A stretch of DNA of 64,000 nt, from NCBI GenBank assembly GCA_000004985.1, contig GG738869.1; one strand, given 5' to 3'. Below the pieces are notes generated by a model. The model searched no databases and was not told the origin of the DNA. It saw only the letters and a list, made by a program, of their open reading frames with translations. Below, piece by piece: positions 1 through 9,348 of this stretch; positions within the stretch are counted from its first letter, which is position 1; each line of letters starts with the position of its first letter. The DNA comes from Naegleria gruberi (Eukaryota). The position numbers were made by a program, and so were the translations under genes.

Positions 1-808
1 AGAGCAACAAAAGGTATCAAAAAAGAATGCAAAGAAAGCTGTTGATGATGCTACTCAAATGACAGTGGAGAAGGCTTCATTTGTTAATTTGGTTATTTCA
101 AGAATTCCATTCACTCAATCTCATAATTATTACTATCAGAATGATTTAGTTTACTCTAGGAGACCTGCTAATGTTATTACTCTCGCCAATCAAATGGTAA
201 TGGTCAATTTGCACTTGAAAGCTTACAAAGAATGCCATCCTATCAGAAAGAAGCAATTGAAATGTATCTATTCACTATTTAGAATTCCAAGAGTTGATTT
301 CAAAATGCATGAAGAAAATAAGGAAAGTTCTCAAAGCTCAACAATTTTGGAGGACGAAAGCAGATTTACCTATCATTTTGGTATTGAGGAGTTAAATCCA
401 AAATCTTTGCTCTTTACTGAGAAGAAGGAATTTTCAGAAATTTATGAAAATGTAAAATATGTATTGATGTGTGGAGATTACAATCTTAATCATGATTTTG
501 AGGAACACATGATTTCTGATTATGATCTAGAGGATGTATATGCCAAACTATATCCAGAAAAGATTGGATCAGTCGAATCTCTTACTTTCGACCATCAAAA
601 CAATCCAATTGTGAACTTGTTTTCAGAAGACTCTCGAGGAAGATGCAGATATGACAGAATGATTGTTCACAGCCATAATATTGCCAACTCAAATCTAATT
701 CTTGAGCCAACCACATGCCAAGTTGTGGAAAACAAAGCGTTTGAGGATAATATCTTTGCAAGTGATCATTTTGGATTAGTAACAGAGTTTTCCATTTCGA
801 AACAATAA
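1..808 (+). CDS. Endonuclease/exonuclease/phosphatase (EEP) family protein, TDP2-like; 5' end truncated by the window edge
   Basis: ORF 59..808. The same frame stays open back to nt 2, so the gene probably starts upstream of the window. C-terminal 'SDHFGLVTEF' is the typical EEP catalytic His motif, and 'CGDYNLNHDFEE' is an Asp/Asn-rich Mg-binding region. Confidence 0.5.
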   Translation, partial: EQQKVSKKNAKKAVDDATQMTVEKASFVNLVISRIPFTQSHNYYYQNDLVYSRRPANVITLANQMVMVNLHLKAYKECHPIRKKQLKCIYSLFRIPRVDFKMHEENKESSQSSTILEDESRFTYHFGIEELNPKSLLFTEKKEFSEIYENVKYVLMCGDYNLNHDFEEHMISDYDLEDVYAKLYPEKIGSVESLTFDHQNNPIVNLFSEDSRGRCRYDRMIVHSHNIANSNLILEPTTCQVVENKAFEDNIFASDHFGLVTEFSISKQ

Positions 809-831
809 ATCAGCAAGGTATTTATTTACAA

Positions 832-2196
832 TTATTGGGTTGGTTCTCCAAAGAAAGTATCAGAAAGTTTGGTACGTTGGGCTTTTTCTTTCATATTCCA
901 AGTAAAGTCAGCAAATAAGGCATGTTGACCACCTCTCAAAATATTTCTAGAATCACCCTTGATTGTTTGATACATTTCATTTTCTTCAAAGCAATCAAAG
1001 TATCTATGGTCAATTTCACTCTCTAATTCTGGAACAAATGGAGGTTGAATATGTCTGATATTTTCCCAATTAATACCAGAAAAGAATGGATGGTTCTTAA
1101 TATCTTCTACACCATTAGTACCAATTCTATCTTCTGGATCACAGAGAAGTTTGAGAATGAGATCTTTTGCTTCATCTGACAAGACCACGTCGCTTGGGAA
1201 TTGAAGGTTTTCCTTCCACCTAATAATTCTGTGACATGTTTGAGCTGGAGGTTCATCATAAGAAAATGGTGGATAACCACACAACATTTCAAACATGATA
1301 ATACCAACAGACCACCAATCACATTCCAAACCATATCCCTTCTTTAACAAAACTTCTGGTGCAATATAACCAGTACTACCAACAGTAGAATATAACTTGA
1401 CACGACCTTTCTTTCTCCATTCATCTCTTTGTTTACCAGTTTCCACAATAGTAGAATTTAATTCACTGGCAGCTTCTTCTATTGATTTTCTTGCATCTTC
1501 AGATCCAGATTCCTCTTTATATGGTTTGGACAGGCCAAAATCACTCAATTTAATGTGACCCATTCCATCAAGTAAAATATTGTCCGGCTAATTTTTGAAT
1601 GAGAATCATTCCAAAATAATTCAACAACCTACCTTCAAGTCTCTATGTACATATCCTAAAGCATGAATTGATCCAACTGCCATCACTAATTCCGCAATAT
1701 AAAACCTTGTTTCTTCCTCAGTAAAATATTCCTTGTGAATTAACCAAGTCATCATATCACCACCTGGCAAAAATTCCATAACTAAATACAAGTATTCATC
1801 ATCTTGGAAAGAGCAATGCAATCCTACAATCCACTCGTTGAATTGACTGTTCTCGCCAGAATCGGCCATCAAATTTCTTTCAGTTCTTACGTGTTGGACC
1901 TGATTCTTTCTCATCATTTCAGTCTTTTTCAACATTTTCATAGCTGAAATTTTTCCTGTTTGTTTATCTTTAACAAGACGAACTTCACCAAAAGCACCTC
2001 TTCCGATAACAGCAATTTTATCAAAATCCTTTACAGATTTTGGTTTTGCCTTCTCGGACCAAGTTATTTTCTTTCTATTGGTGATCAATTTTTGTCCTTT
2101 ATACTTATCCTCAAGAAGTGACTTGGCAACAGCAACAGTATCTTGGGTTAATTGAGACAACTTTGGTTGTGTCGGATACGAAGTTGATGGATTCAT
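832..2196 (-). CDS. NDR/LATS-family AGC Ser/Thr kinase (Cbk1/STK38-like); join(832..1586,1632..2196), intron 1587..1631 (45 nt, GTAGGTTG...TTAG)
   Basis: GRGAFGEV glycine loop, VAIK-like 'SAMKMLKK', HRDLK|PDNILL reconstituted across the intron, DFGLSK. A long insert between DFG and APE and a hydrophobic-motif C-terminus are typical of NDR kinases. The frames of the two ORFs (1621..2196 and 832..1563) join exactly at GT/AG. Confidence 0.85.
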
Positions 2197-2351
2197 ATTT
2201 TCTCTCTATACAAATAAATATATATTCAAAATACAATTTCTTCTCTACAAGTCAATGAAATGATACTACTACAACTATAATATCCAATAATACTAATAAT
2301 ATAGCAATATAAAAATCTTCCTATACAACAATTACTACAATAATGATTCTC

Positions 2352-2465
2352 AAAAATGATGATCGCTCGCTCGGGTACAGCACGGTGATGGTTTTGGTAA
2401 TAAAAACTTGATGATGAGGAATTTACTCGCTTCGTGCGATTACAGCTTGAGCAATTTTTTTTTTT
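2352..2465 (+). ncRNA. Candidate small Pol III-type RNA (unknown class). A GC-rich ~110-nt element ends in T11
   Basis: A locally GC-rich stretch (GATCGCTCGCTCGGGTACAGCACGGTGATGG...CTCGCTTCGTGCGATTACAGCTTGAGC) in an AT-rich intergenic region ends with 11 consecutive T (2455..2465). It contains C-box-like TGATGA motifs. No match to U6 or 5S from memory. Confidence 0.15.
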
Positions 2466-2827
2466 AGAAATTTTTTGTGTTCATTGGCCATGAGAGGTGT
2501 TTTCCGTTGGTAGCGGACATTTGGAACGGCTTTCTAGGAGAGGTTCAGAGTTTGTCAGAATTTTGTAAAGTATTAAGAGTTTCTGAAATGGATTGAAGGA
2601 TGAACAGAGCAATCTGTTTGTGGTTGATATTAATCATGTCTTGTTGGAATTTCAATTCGGTTGACTGAGAAGATTGATGGTGTTATTAAAAAGGAAGTCA
2701 AGTGGTCAACTGGTTTACTATTAGAAAATTGAGTAGATCTTTAAAAAATGGTTTATTGTTTGAAAATTGTGTTTTATTTGATACAATGAACCACCATTTC
2801 TGAAATAGTTCAAAACTTCCTTGGATC

Positions 2828-5092
2828 TTATTTTCTTTTCCAGCGGGATTCAGGTACTGGTTTTTTGGATGTTAATTCCTCTCTTACTGTCAATTTAAAC
2901 TTCTTGATAAATAATAAAATTGTTGGAATATTGTTGGATTGCAAAACTGAAAGTAAAATTTCGAATGGAGAATCTCCATTATCATTCTTCTTGTTGATCA
3001 CTTCAGGAATTCTAGAAAGAACAGAGAGAAATAATGGTACTGATTCTGAATTGCTACAAAACATGGCAATAATGTGGAAAATTGTGTTTCCTTCAAAGTG
3101 TTGAGTTTCAAATAATGAATAATCTTCCATTTCCATTTGCAATAAAAATACATTCAATAGAGAGGGTACCACTTTCAATACTTGTATAAACAGTGGTAGG
3201 GATGTTTCAAAAGTGCTGTTTGATCTTTGTATTGTAAAGGGATATTGCTGAGAAAGTATTTGATAAAGTTGTTTAGGATTTTCCACAAGCATTTCAATAA
3301 CCTTGCTCGTCATCAATTCATGAGAAGTGTTGTTTAACGATTCATTGAGTAAGAATGAATAAAAGTCATCATTTGATAGAGAATGAGAAATTCTTGTGAA
3401 TACTTCTACTGAAACATTGGAAAAGAATGGAATTTCTTTCAATTGATTAGTAAAATCCCAGCCATATGAAATTGCATCATCTACAAGAAATTTGCATGGA
3501 ACGGATATTCTGAATAATCTTCCTTTTTGATACTTGTTTGAAAGGTAAACTAAATATTGAAAGCTTGTTGAATCAAAATTTGGATATTCTAATATCTCAA
3601 TAGGAAAATTACATTTGACGAAGAGATAATCAAAGAAATCTTTTCTCCAACTCTTTTCAAAATTTGGTAAAGAAGCAACATTTGCAGTTTCCCATAACAA
3701 CATTCCAAAACATGTTAAATGCTCATCAATCATTTTGCGAGCTTGTGAGAAATCAGTGTAAATATTGAGCTCATAACTTGAATCAATAACTGGTTTTCTA
3801 TTTGGTGCATTATAAATATCAAACTTATTTACACTAAAAGATTCTAAGATTCTGTTAATGCTACTATCACCAAAAACAATCAAGTGTTCTATGCTCAATT
3901 TGGCTCTATTCTTTGCATTTGTAGATGAGGGATAGATGTTCTGCTGTTCACCATGGCATAAAATCACTGTTTTCAATTGCTTACAAACTTTGACTATTTG
4001 GTATATAATTTCAGGGCAAAACACAATCTTCTTGATAGTTGAATTTTCTCCCACAAAGGCTGACAAAAATTCATTACTAAATGTTGTACGTTCCATACTA
4101 AAACGTCTCATTGTTTTGGACTTACAAGCAGCCAACCAAATATTATTTGTGGAATAAGGTGTGCTAGAATTGCTACCAGAAAAGGTGGCATTCTCAATGG
4201 AAAAATCTTGCTCTTCTGTTGATGATGTTTGAGCTCCACTACCTGAACTTGTACCAAAACTAAAACCACCTGAAGAGGTAATACTACTCCCACCAAAACT
4301 AAAACCACCTGAGGAGGTATCGTCTCTACCAATACTACTCCTTCTAACTCTAACTGGTCTAGCCTGTGGCGAGGTTGCTCCACTAGTTTCATTAAGTGAA
4401 GGTTTCACATTCGAGGTATCTATCTTTGAAAAGTTATTTTCAAATGTAAATTCATCTGTGTTTGAAGATTCACTTGCAACATATTTCACATCTTGATATA
4501 AATATAATGAATCAGAACTTTTGCCAGATAAGGAATATTTGGTTTGCTCTCTTAGTAAGGTGTAGATATATTTGAGATCTGTTGTATCTGAAATCAATAG
4601 ACTTTCGATAGTCAAAAGTTTCTTCATCATTCTACCGTTGAAATGCTTTGAGATAATTCTCATCTTGTGGAAAGTAACAAAACTTGAATCTATTCTAAAT
4701 GAATTTGTTCTTTCGATAGGATGTGGAAATTTAATGGATGCTAAACGATCCTCATCTTTTCTGATCGATTTATATTTGGAAAAAGTTGGAATGAATTCAA
4801 TAATTTCATAACAAATATTCATATCTAATAGTTGTAATAATTTTACATCAATTTCTTCATTATGATCGATTTGTGGATTTTCTATGGCTTTCTCCTGATC
4901 AGTACGAATCCACTCTTTTACAGTAGAACAGCATGCTACATATTGATCATTGATCAATTGATCAACAAGACTTTTATCCGAAACAAACTTTGGGGTTAAA
5001 GAAAAATCGTCAGAAATCCTGTTCAACTTGGTGCTAACAACATCTGCAACACTTGCTCGAGTGTTTTGTACTGGATTGCGAATAATTCTCAT
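2828..5092 (-). CDS. Hypothetical protein with central FG repeats (SGGFSFG x2) and C-terminal ankyrin repeats
   Basis: Long ORF 2828..5134. The track start at 5134 is TTG, and the first ATG is at 5092 (MRIIRN...). 'SSGGFSFGGSSITSSGGFSFGTSSGSG' is an FG-type repeat. 'GNTIFHIIA...NDNGDSPFEILL' is ankyrin-like. Confidence 0.55.
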   Translation of the reverse strand: MRIIRNPVQNTRASVADVVSTKLNRISDDFSLTPKFVSDKSLVDQLINDQYVACCSTVKEWIRTDQEKAIENPQIDHNEEIDVKLLQLLDMNICYEIIEFIPTFSKYKSIRKDEDRLASIKFPHPIERTNSFRIDSSFVTFHKMRIISKHFNGRMMKKLLTIESLLISDTTDLKYIYTLLREQTKYSLSGKSSDSLYLYQDVKYVASESSNTDEFTFENNFSKIDTSNVKPSLNETSGATSPQARPVRVRRSSIGRDDTSSGGFSFGGSSITSSGGFSFGTSSGSGAQTSSTEEQDFSIENATFSGSNSSTPYSTNNIWLAACKSKTMRRFSMERTTFSNEFLSAFVGENSTIKKIVFCPEIIYQIVKVCKQLKTVILCHGEQQNIYPSSTNAKNRAKLSIEHLIVFGDSSINRILESFSVNKFDIYNAPNRKPVIDSSYELNIYTDFSQARKMIDEHLTCFGMLLWETANVASLPNFEKSWRKDFFDYLFVKCNFPIEILEYPNFDSTSFQYLVYLSNKYQKGRLFRISVPCKFLVDDAISYGWDFTNQLKEIPFFSNVSVEVFTRISHSLSNDDFYSFLLNESLNNTSHELMTSKVIEMLVENPKQLYQILSQQYPFTIQRSNSTFETSLPLFIQVLKVVPSLLNVFLLQMEMEDYSLFETQHFEGNTIFHIIAMFCSNSESVPLFLSVLSRIPEVINKKNDNGDSPFEILLSVLQSNNIPTILLFIKKFKLTVREELTSKKPVPESRWKRK

Positions 5093-5183
5093 TATGCTGC
5101 ACTTTTTTTGATGATTTTTTCTTGTTCGTACCAACTTCGTTTCAACAGTTTACAATGAAAAACCAATGTGTTTATTGAATGAA

Positions 5184-6410
5184 CTAGTCCACTTCTGGTA
5201 CTTCCTCTTTTTCTTCTTGTTTCTGTGTGTCTGATTCAGTATCTTCATATTGCTCTTCGTTATTTTCATCCTTGTTGGTTTCTTCCTTTTTACTTTCTGG
5301 CGTTTCATGCTTACTGATTTGGATACCAGCCATAAGCTTACTAATATCACTCATCATAGGCATTTGCATAGCTGTTTGAGGTGGGATGTTCATTTGTGGT
5401 GGAGGTGTACCACTAGGTATCGTTGGTTGTCTGAACATTGCAAATGGATTTCCTTGCATTCCTTGTAAGAATGGTGAAGCAAATCTTCCAACTTCTCCCA
5501 TCATTCTATTCATCATTCTTTCTTCCCAATGTTTCATTCTTTCATCAACACATTCATTAATATAATTCTTCAAATCTTCCTTGGATTTAAATTCATTCAA
5601 GAGTATTGGATTTTCTGGAATATCGTTCAATGTTTCCATTTTAGGAGGTAAAGTTGGTTTAGGCATTTCTTGTTCAACCTTCCTCTCGGAAGCCACATTA
5701 TCAATGGTTTTTGTGATTGGCATTATTTGACCTACTATCATACTCATTTGCTTAGCTGTTGGATTATTCATTCCATTCATTAAATTCATTAACATTCTAG
5801 GATCGCTCATTAGTGCACTCATAGCTCCAGAAAATTGTTTCGATTCAGTTTCTCCTCCCATTGCTATCGACTGATTTTGATTCAATAATTTTTCTCCCCT
5901 TCTTTTACCATGAAAAATTATAGCAGAGACACAAATTTTTGTCTGTTTAGCAATTCTATCAGGATAATCCAATGATAAGAATTTCAAAGTAAAATTTGAA
6001 TGTCTCTGAATCTTCCTCTCACTCTGATTACTATCCAAACATACACAATTATACTGATAGGCATTATCCTCTCCAATCTTTTCAGTAAATCTACAAGTTT
6101 GTCCATATTCCTTTTCCTTAGAAGTATACAATTCCACAGTCCTAGCAGTACTAAAAATATCAATACTCGTCCATTCAATCATATAATCAAATTCTATCGT
6201 CAATTCAAAATACTTTTCATCATCAACTTTTTCAAAAACAACAAAGCCTCTCTTTTCTTGATTTTTTTCATAATCTTCAATATCATCGGTATGAATTAAT
6301 TTTCCAAATAATTCTGTAGGCTCGGAAGAAAATTGCCAATTTGCCTTCACATTCGGAAGAGAAGGAGGAGGGCAGACTAACGGTTCACCATCATTTGCAT
6401 TTTCTGTCAT
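5184..6410 (-). CDS. Hypothetical protein; N-terminal beta-rich domain, Met/Gln/Pro-rich middle, acidic C-terminus
   Basis: ORF with ATG at 6410. The Met-rich segment 'MLMNLMNGMNNPTAKQMSMIVGQIMP' and 'QGMQGNPFAMFRQP' resemble STI1/UBQLN-like or M-domain low-complexity regions. No confident family call. Confidence 0.55.
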   Translation of the reverse strand: MTENANDGEPLVCPPPSLPNVKANWQFSSEPTELFGKLIHTDDIEDYEKNQEKRGFVVFEKVDDEKYFELTIEFDYMIEWTSIDIFSTARTVELYTSKEKEYGQTCRFTEKIGEDNAYQYNCVCLDSNQSERKIQRHSNFTLKFLSLDYPDRIAKQTKICVSAIIFHGKRRGEKLLNQNQSIAMGGETESKQFSGAMSALMSDPRMLMNLMNGMNNPTAKQMSMIVGQIMPITKTIDNVASERKVEQEMPKPTLPPKMETLNDIPENPILLNEFKSKEDLKNYINECVDERMKHWEERMMNRMMGEVGRFASPFLQGMQGNPFAMFRQPTIPSGTPPPQMNIPPQTAMQMPMMSDISKLMAGIQISKHETPESKKEETNKDENNEEQYEDTESDTQKQEEKEEVPEVD

Positions 6411-6687
6411 TTTTTTTTAATAATAATAATATATTAATATTAATTCGATATATTTAATTAAGATTATTAATGGATACTGGGAGGTACATGTAAATTATAA
6501 TTATTATTACATCTTATTCTTTTTTAATTCAAATATAATGAGGTTACATCGACCAAAATCTCACAAATTCAATCAACGAATTTCCATAATGTTCCAGCGA
6601 CATTTGAAGTCTTGATTACAATTTCCATTCCGTTTATTGTCATCTTCCAAATTGAAACTCCAACGTTCTGCAGCATACTACAAAAAA

Positions 6688-8304
6688 ATGGGTCAAGGAC
6701 AAGGTCTATCCGCCTCTGATTCTGATGTTCTATTCGAAGAATCTGAATCACAAGAACAACAATATCAGAAAGTAATCTCTGCACAAGAGATGGCAAAATA
6801 TGTACGTACAATGTGTTATGTTCTATATCTCTCTAATTATAATTTATATTACGATATAGCAAAAAGTGATCAAGTCAAAATTGTCGGAATTAACTTGTTT
6901 CGGTAGCATTCCACCACTTGTTTTGAATGATTTGCTTTCGAATCTATTCCTGAAAGACTCTATAAAAAAGTATTACCTCTCATCTACACCTGAAGGTACC
7001 ATTGAATATGTAGGTTTTATTGTCATCATTTCCAAATATTTATTAATGTATATTACATGAAAATAACAAAATGATGATAATAATTGTGTGTTTTATTCCG
7101 ACTGATTATGATGATGCTCATTACGATGATTAAATGGAACTTGACTGGCGTACAATGATGTTCTTCAAAAATGACGTACGACACGCTATTTTGGATCATG
7201 ATTTGATGTGGAAATTTTTAATGCGGCTATTTGGAATCAAACTATTTGGCTATTATTCTAAACTACGTGAAATAATCAAATAGTTGGGAAGTTTGTTGAC
7301 AATTTACGAAACCAACGATAAAAATCAACACAATTTCTATCGTAATGTAAAATTGAATCAATATGTGACGGAAATGAATGAAAGGCAAAAGATTCCACAC
7401 GATAAAATTTTAAAAGTGAGATTAGTTTTGATTCAGACACCCAAAGACTATTCTACTTTGAATTTATTTGATTTACTTTCACCAGTTTTGGATAATTTTT
7501 CAGGGCTCTCTCCATCCCAAGCTTTTAATTTAGCCAATAATGAGGAAAATTTTGAAAATCAACCAATTACAGATGTTCAATTAACACCTGCAATTGCTAT
7601 TGGACCATTTTTGTTATATTATAATTCATTAGGTAAGTTTCAGTTGAATTCAAACTAATAGTTTGTTATTAATAGGTCTTGTAATTCCTAAAAGAGTTGT
7701 TGGCGAAGCATCATTTATTCTTTCAGAAATTGATCCATTTGCTTGTATATATTTAAATGATGAAACTCTCCATCGGTTGTCAACCATAGTTTTTGATTGG
7801 AATATCACTGCGAGATACTCTGTACAAACCAATAATTCACAACATTTTGTTGATTCACTGGCTACTCTATTCAAAATTTCATTGGTTGATAATCCAACAC
7901 TTGCTGAATATTTAAAATCTGTGAGATCGAACGGAATTGGTGATTGCACAATACCTTTCTCTGAAGCATTTAGGGAACAGTTCAAAGTTAAGAAAACTGA
8001 AAAAACATTCACAGATAGAAATGAGCTTTTGACTTTTACTTCCAAATTGGCTCAACGTAAATTTTCCAAAGAATCATTTCCAAACGAATGGAAATTATTC
8101 CACAATTTTGAAAGAATGTTTTGGAGTGAAATGATCCAGAGAGAGAAATACTATTTACTTGCTCATAAAGCAAAGGAAATCAAACGGAGCAGTGTGGACA
8201 ATCCAACAAGACACTCCATCTCAACCTCGACCATTGAAGAGAATATCTTTGGAGATGGAACCAAACTTTTTGCAAAATTACCAACTGTTCATGATTGGTT
8301 TTAA
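6688..8304 (+). CDS. Hypothetical N-myristoylated protein (MGQGQGLSAS...); join(6688..6801,6860..7009,7284..7632,7676..8304)
   Basis: Four ORF pieces join in frame through GT-AG introns: GTACGT 6802..6859, GTAGGT 7010..7283 (274 nt) and GTAAGT 7633..7675 (43 nt). An in-frame TAG immediately precedes 7284, so 7284 must be an internal exon (its track 'M' is TTG). It begins with MG..S, a myristoylation-type motif. Confidence 0.5.
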
Positions 8305-8478
8305 ATTATAATTTGCTTCATCATACATGTAATAAAAATTTAAGGATCTGTTTGTGATAATGAAATTCAATTCAATCGAGATCTTTAAAGATTCTCATAT
8401 TGAAAAACTTCAAGTTCATGACCTCTACCAAAATAAGAAAATTATTGTAAAATCAACAAGAAAACAAAATTAAAAAAA

Positions 8479-9072
8479 ATGTTCCTCTCTGATGATATTA
8501 TTATCAACATTTTTAAGCCACTCCTAGAATTCTGTCACTTTATTCAGCTCCGAGCTGTTAATTCTCATCTCTGTCGCTTAATTACCTCAAATTTAGAAGA
8601 AAATAATCAAATCATCAAGAAGGGAACACAACTGATCATTTTGAAAGGCAGTTTTAGAATTAGAGGTGATGTATTACTTCCCTTTACTGAAATTTTACGT
8701 AAACAGGAAATCAAATCTCAACACGTGATTGATGAATTCAACAGGAAGGATTATGGAAGATTATTTAAATTTTCTGATTTGGAATATGCTAGAACAAATA
8801 ATGCCTCTTTTAGAACTGAGTCTTTCCTACCACCAAACAATAGAAATTTAATTACTATCAAACATACTATCTCAGATCCTAATGATGATAGTGCTGTATG
8901 TTGTGCTAATTGTAAGATTGATTTGATTTTATCACCAACACAATCGAAAGCATGGAAAGAGGAAAATGGGTGTGTTGTTGGAATGGTTTCGAATGAATAT
9001 TTTGATTTGGTGTGGCATTATGATTTTCTTACTGGAATACGAGTTTATGTAAATATTTGTACAATCATGTAA
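8479..9072 (+). CDS. F-box-like domain protein (hypothetical)
   Basis: ATG at 8479. N-terminal 'DDIIINIFKPLLEFCHFIQLRAVNSHL' has the F-box signature. Confidence 0.45.
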   Translation: MFLSDDIIINIFKPLLEFCHFIQLRAVNSHLCRLITSNLEENNQIIKKGTQLIILKGSFRIRGDVLLPFTEILRKQEIKSQHVIDEFNRKDYGRLFKFSDLEYARTNNASFRTESFLPPNNRNLITIKHTISDPNDDSAVCCANCKIDLILSPTQSKAWKEENGCVVGMVSNEYFDLVWHYDFLTGIRVYVNICTIM

Positions 9073-9348
9073 AATAGGATTGAGTTTTGTGATGAAATGA
9101 AGTTCAAGATGGATTTGATAATTCAGCCAAAATGAATTGAGTAACCGAATGAATAGAACTGTTTTTGTATGGCTTTCCTCAATTAACTTGTTTAATTAAT
9201 AGTTTTTCAAATAAATATGAACGTTTATGAAGAAAAGTCTTCTTTCGAATAAGAAACATACTGAAACAGAAAATGGTCGTGTAGTGTACAACATTGGCAA
9301 ATCGTTTGCAATAGCCAAAACAAGCAACATCCACTCATTCCCAGCCAA

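Noticed and set aside
2352-2465. Identity of the T11-terminated element as U6 snRNA or 5S rRNA
   Set aside because: It lacks the ACAGAGA/AGC U6 core and the 5S consensus as I recall them.
7010-7283. Calling an intron-hosted box C/D snoRNA in the 274-nt intron
   Set aside because: C-box-like ATGATGA and one CTGA are present, but they are only ~27 nt apart. There is no terminal stem and no second C'/D set. This is kept only as a suggestion.
7284-7658. Track ORF starts taken as translation starts (e.g. 7284, 5134, 14872, 16708, 36725, 49771, 53252, 55559, 59046, 59646)
   Set aside because: The underlying codons are TTG/GTG, not ATG. Several are immediately preceded by an in-frame stop plus an AG acceptor, which shows they are internal exons.
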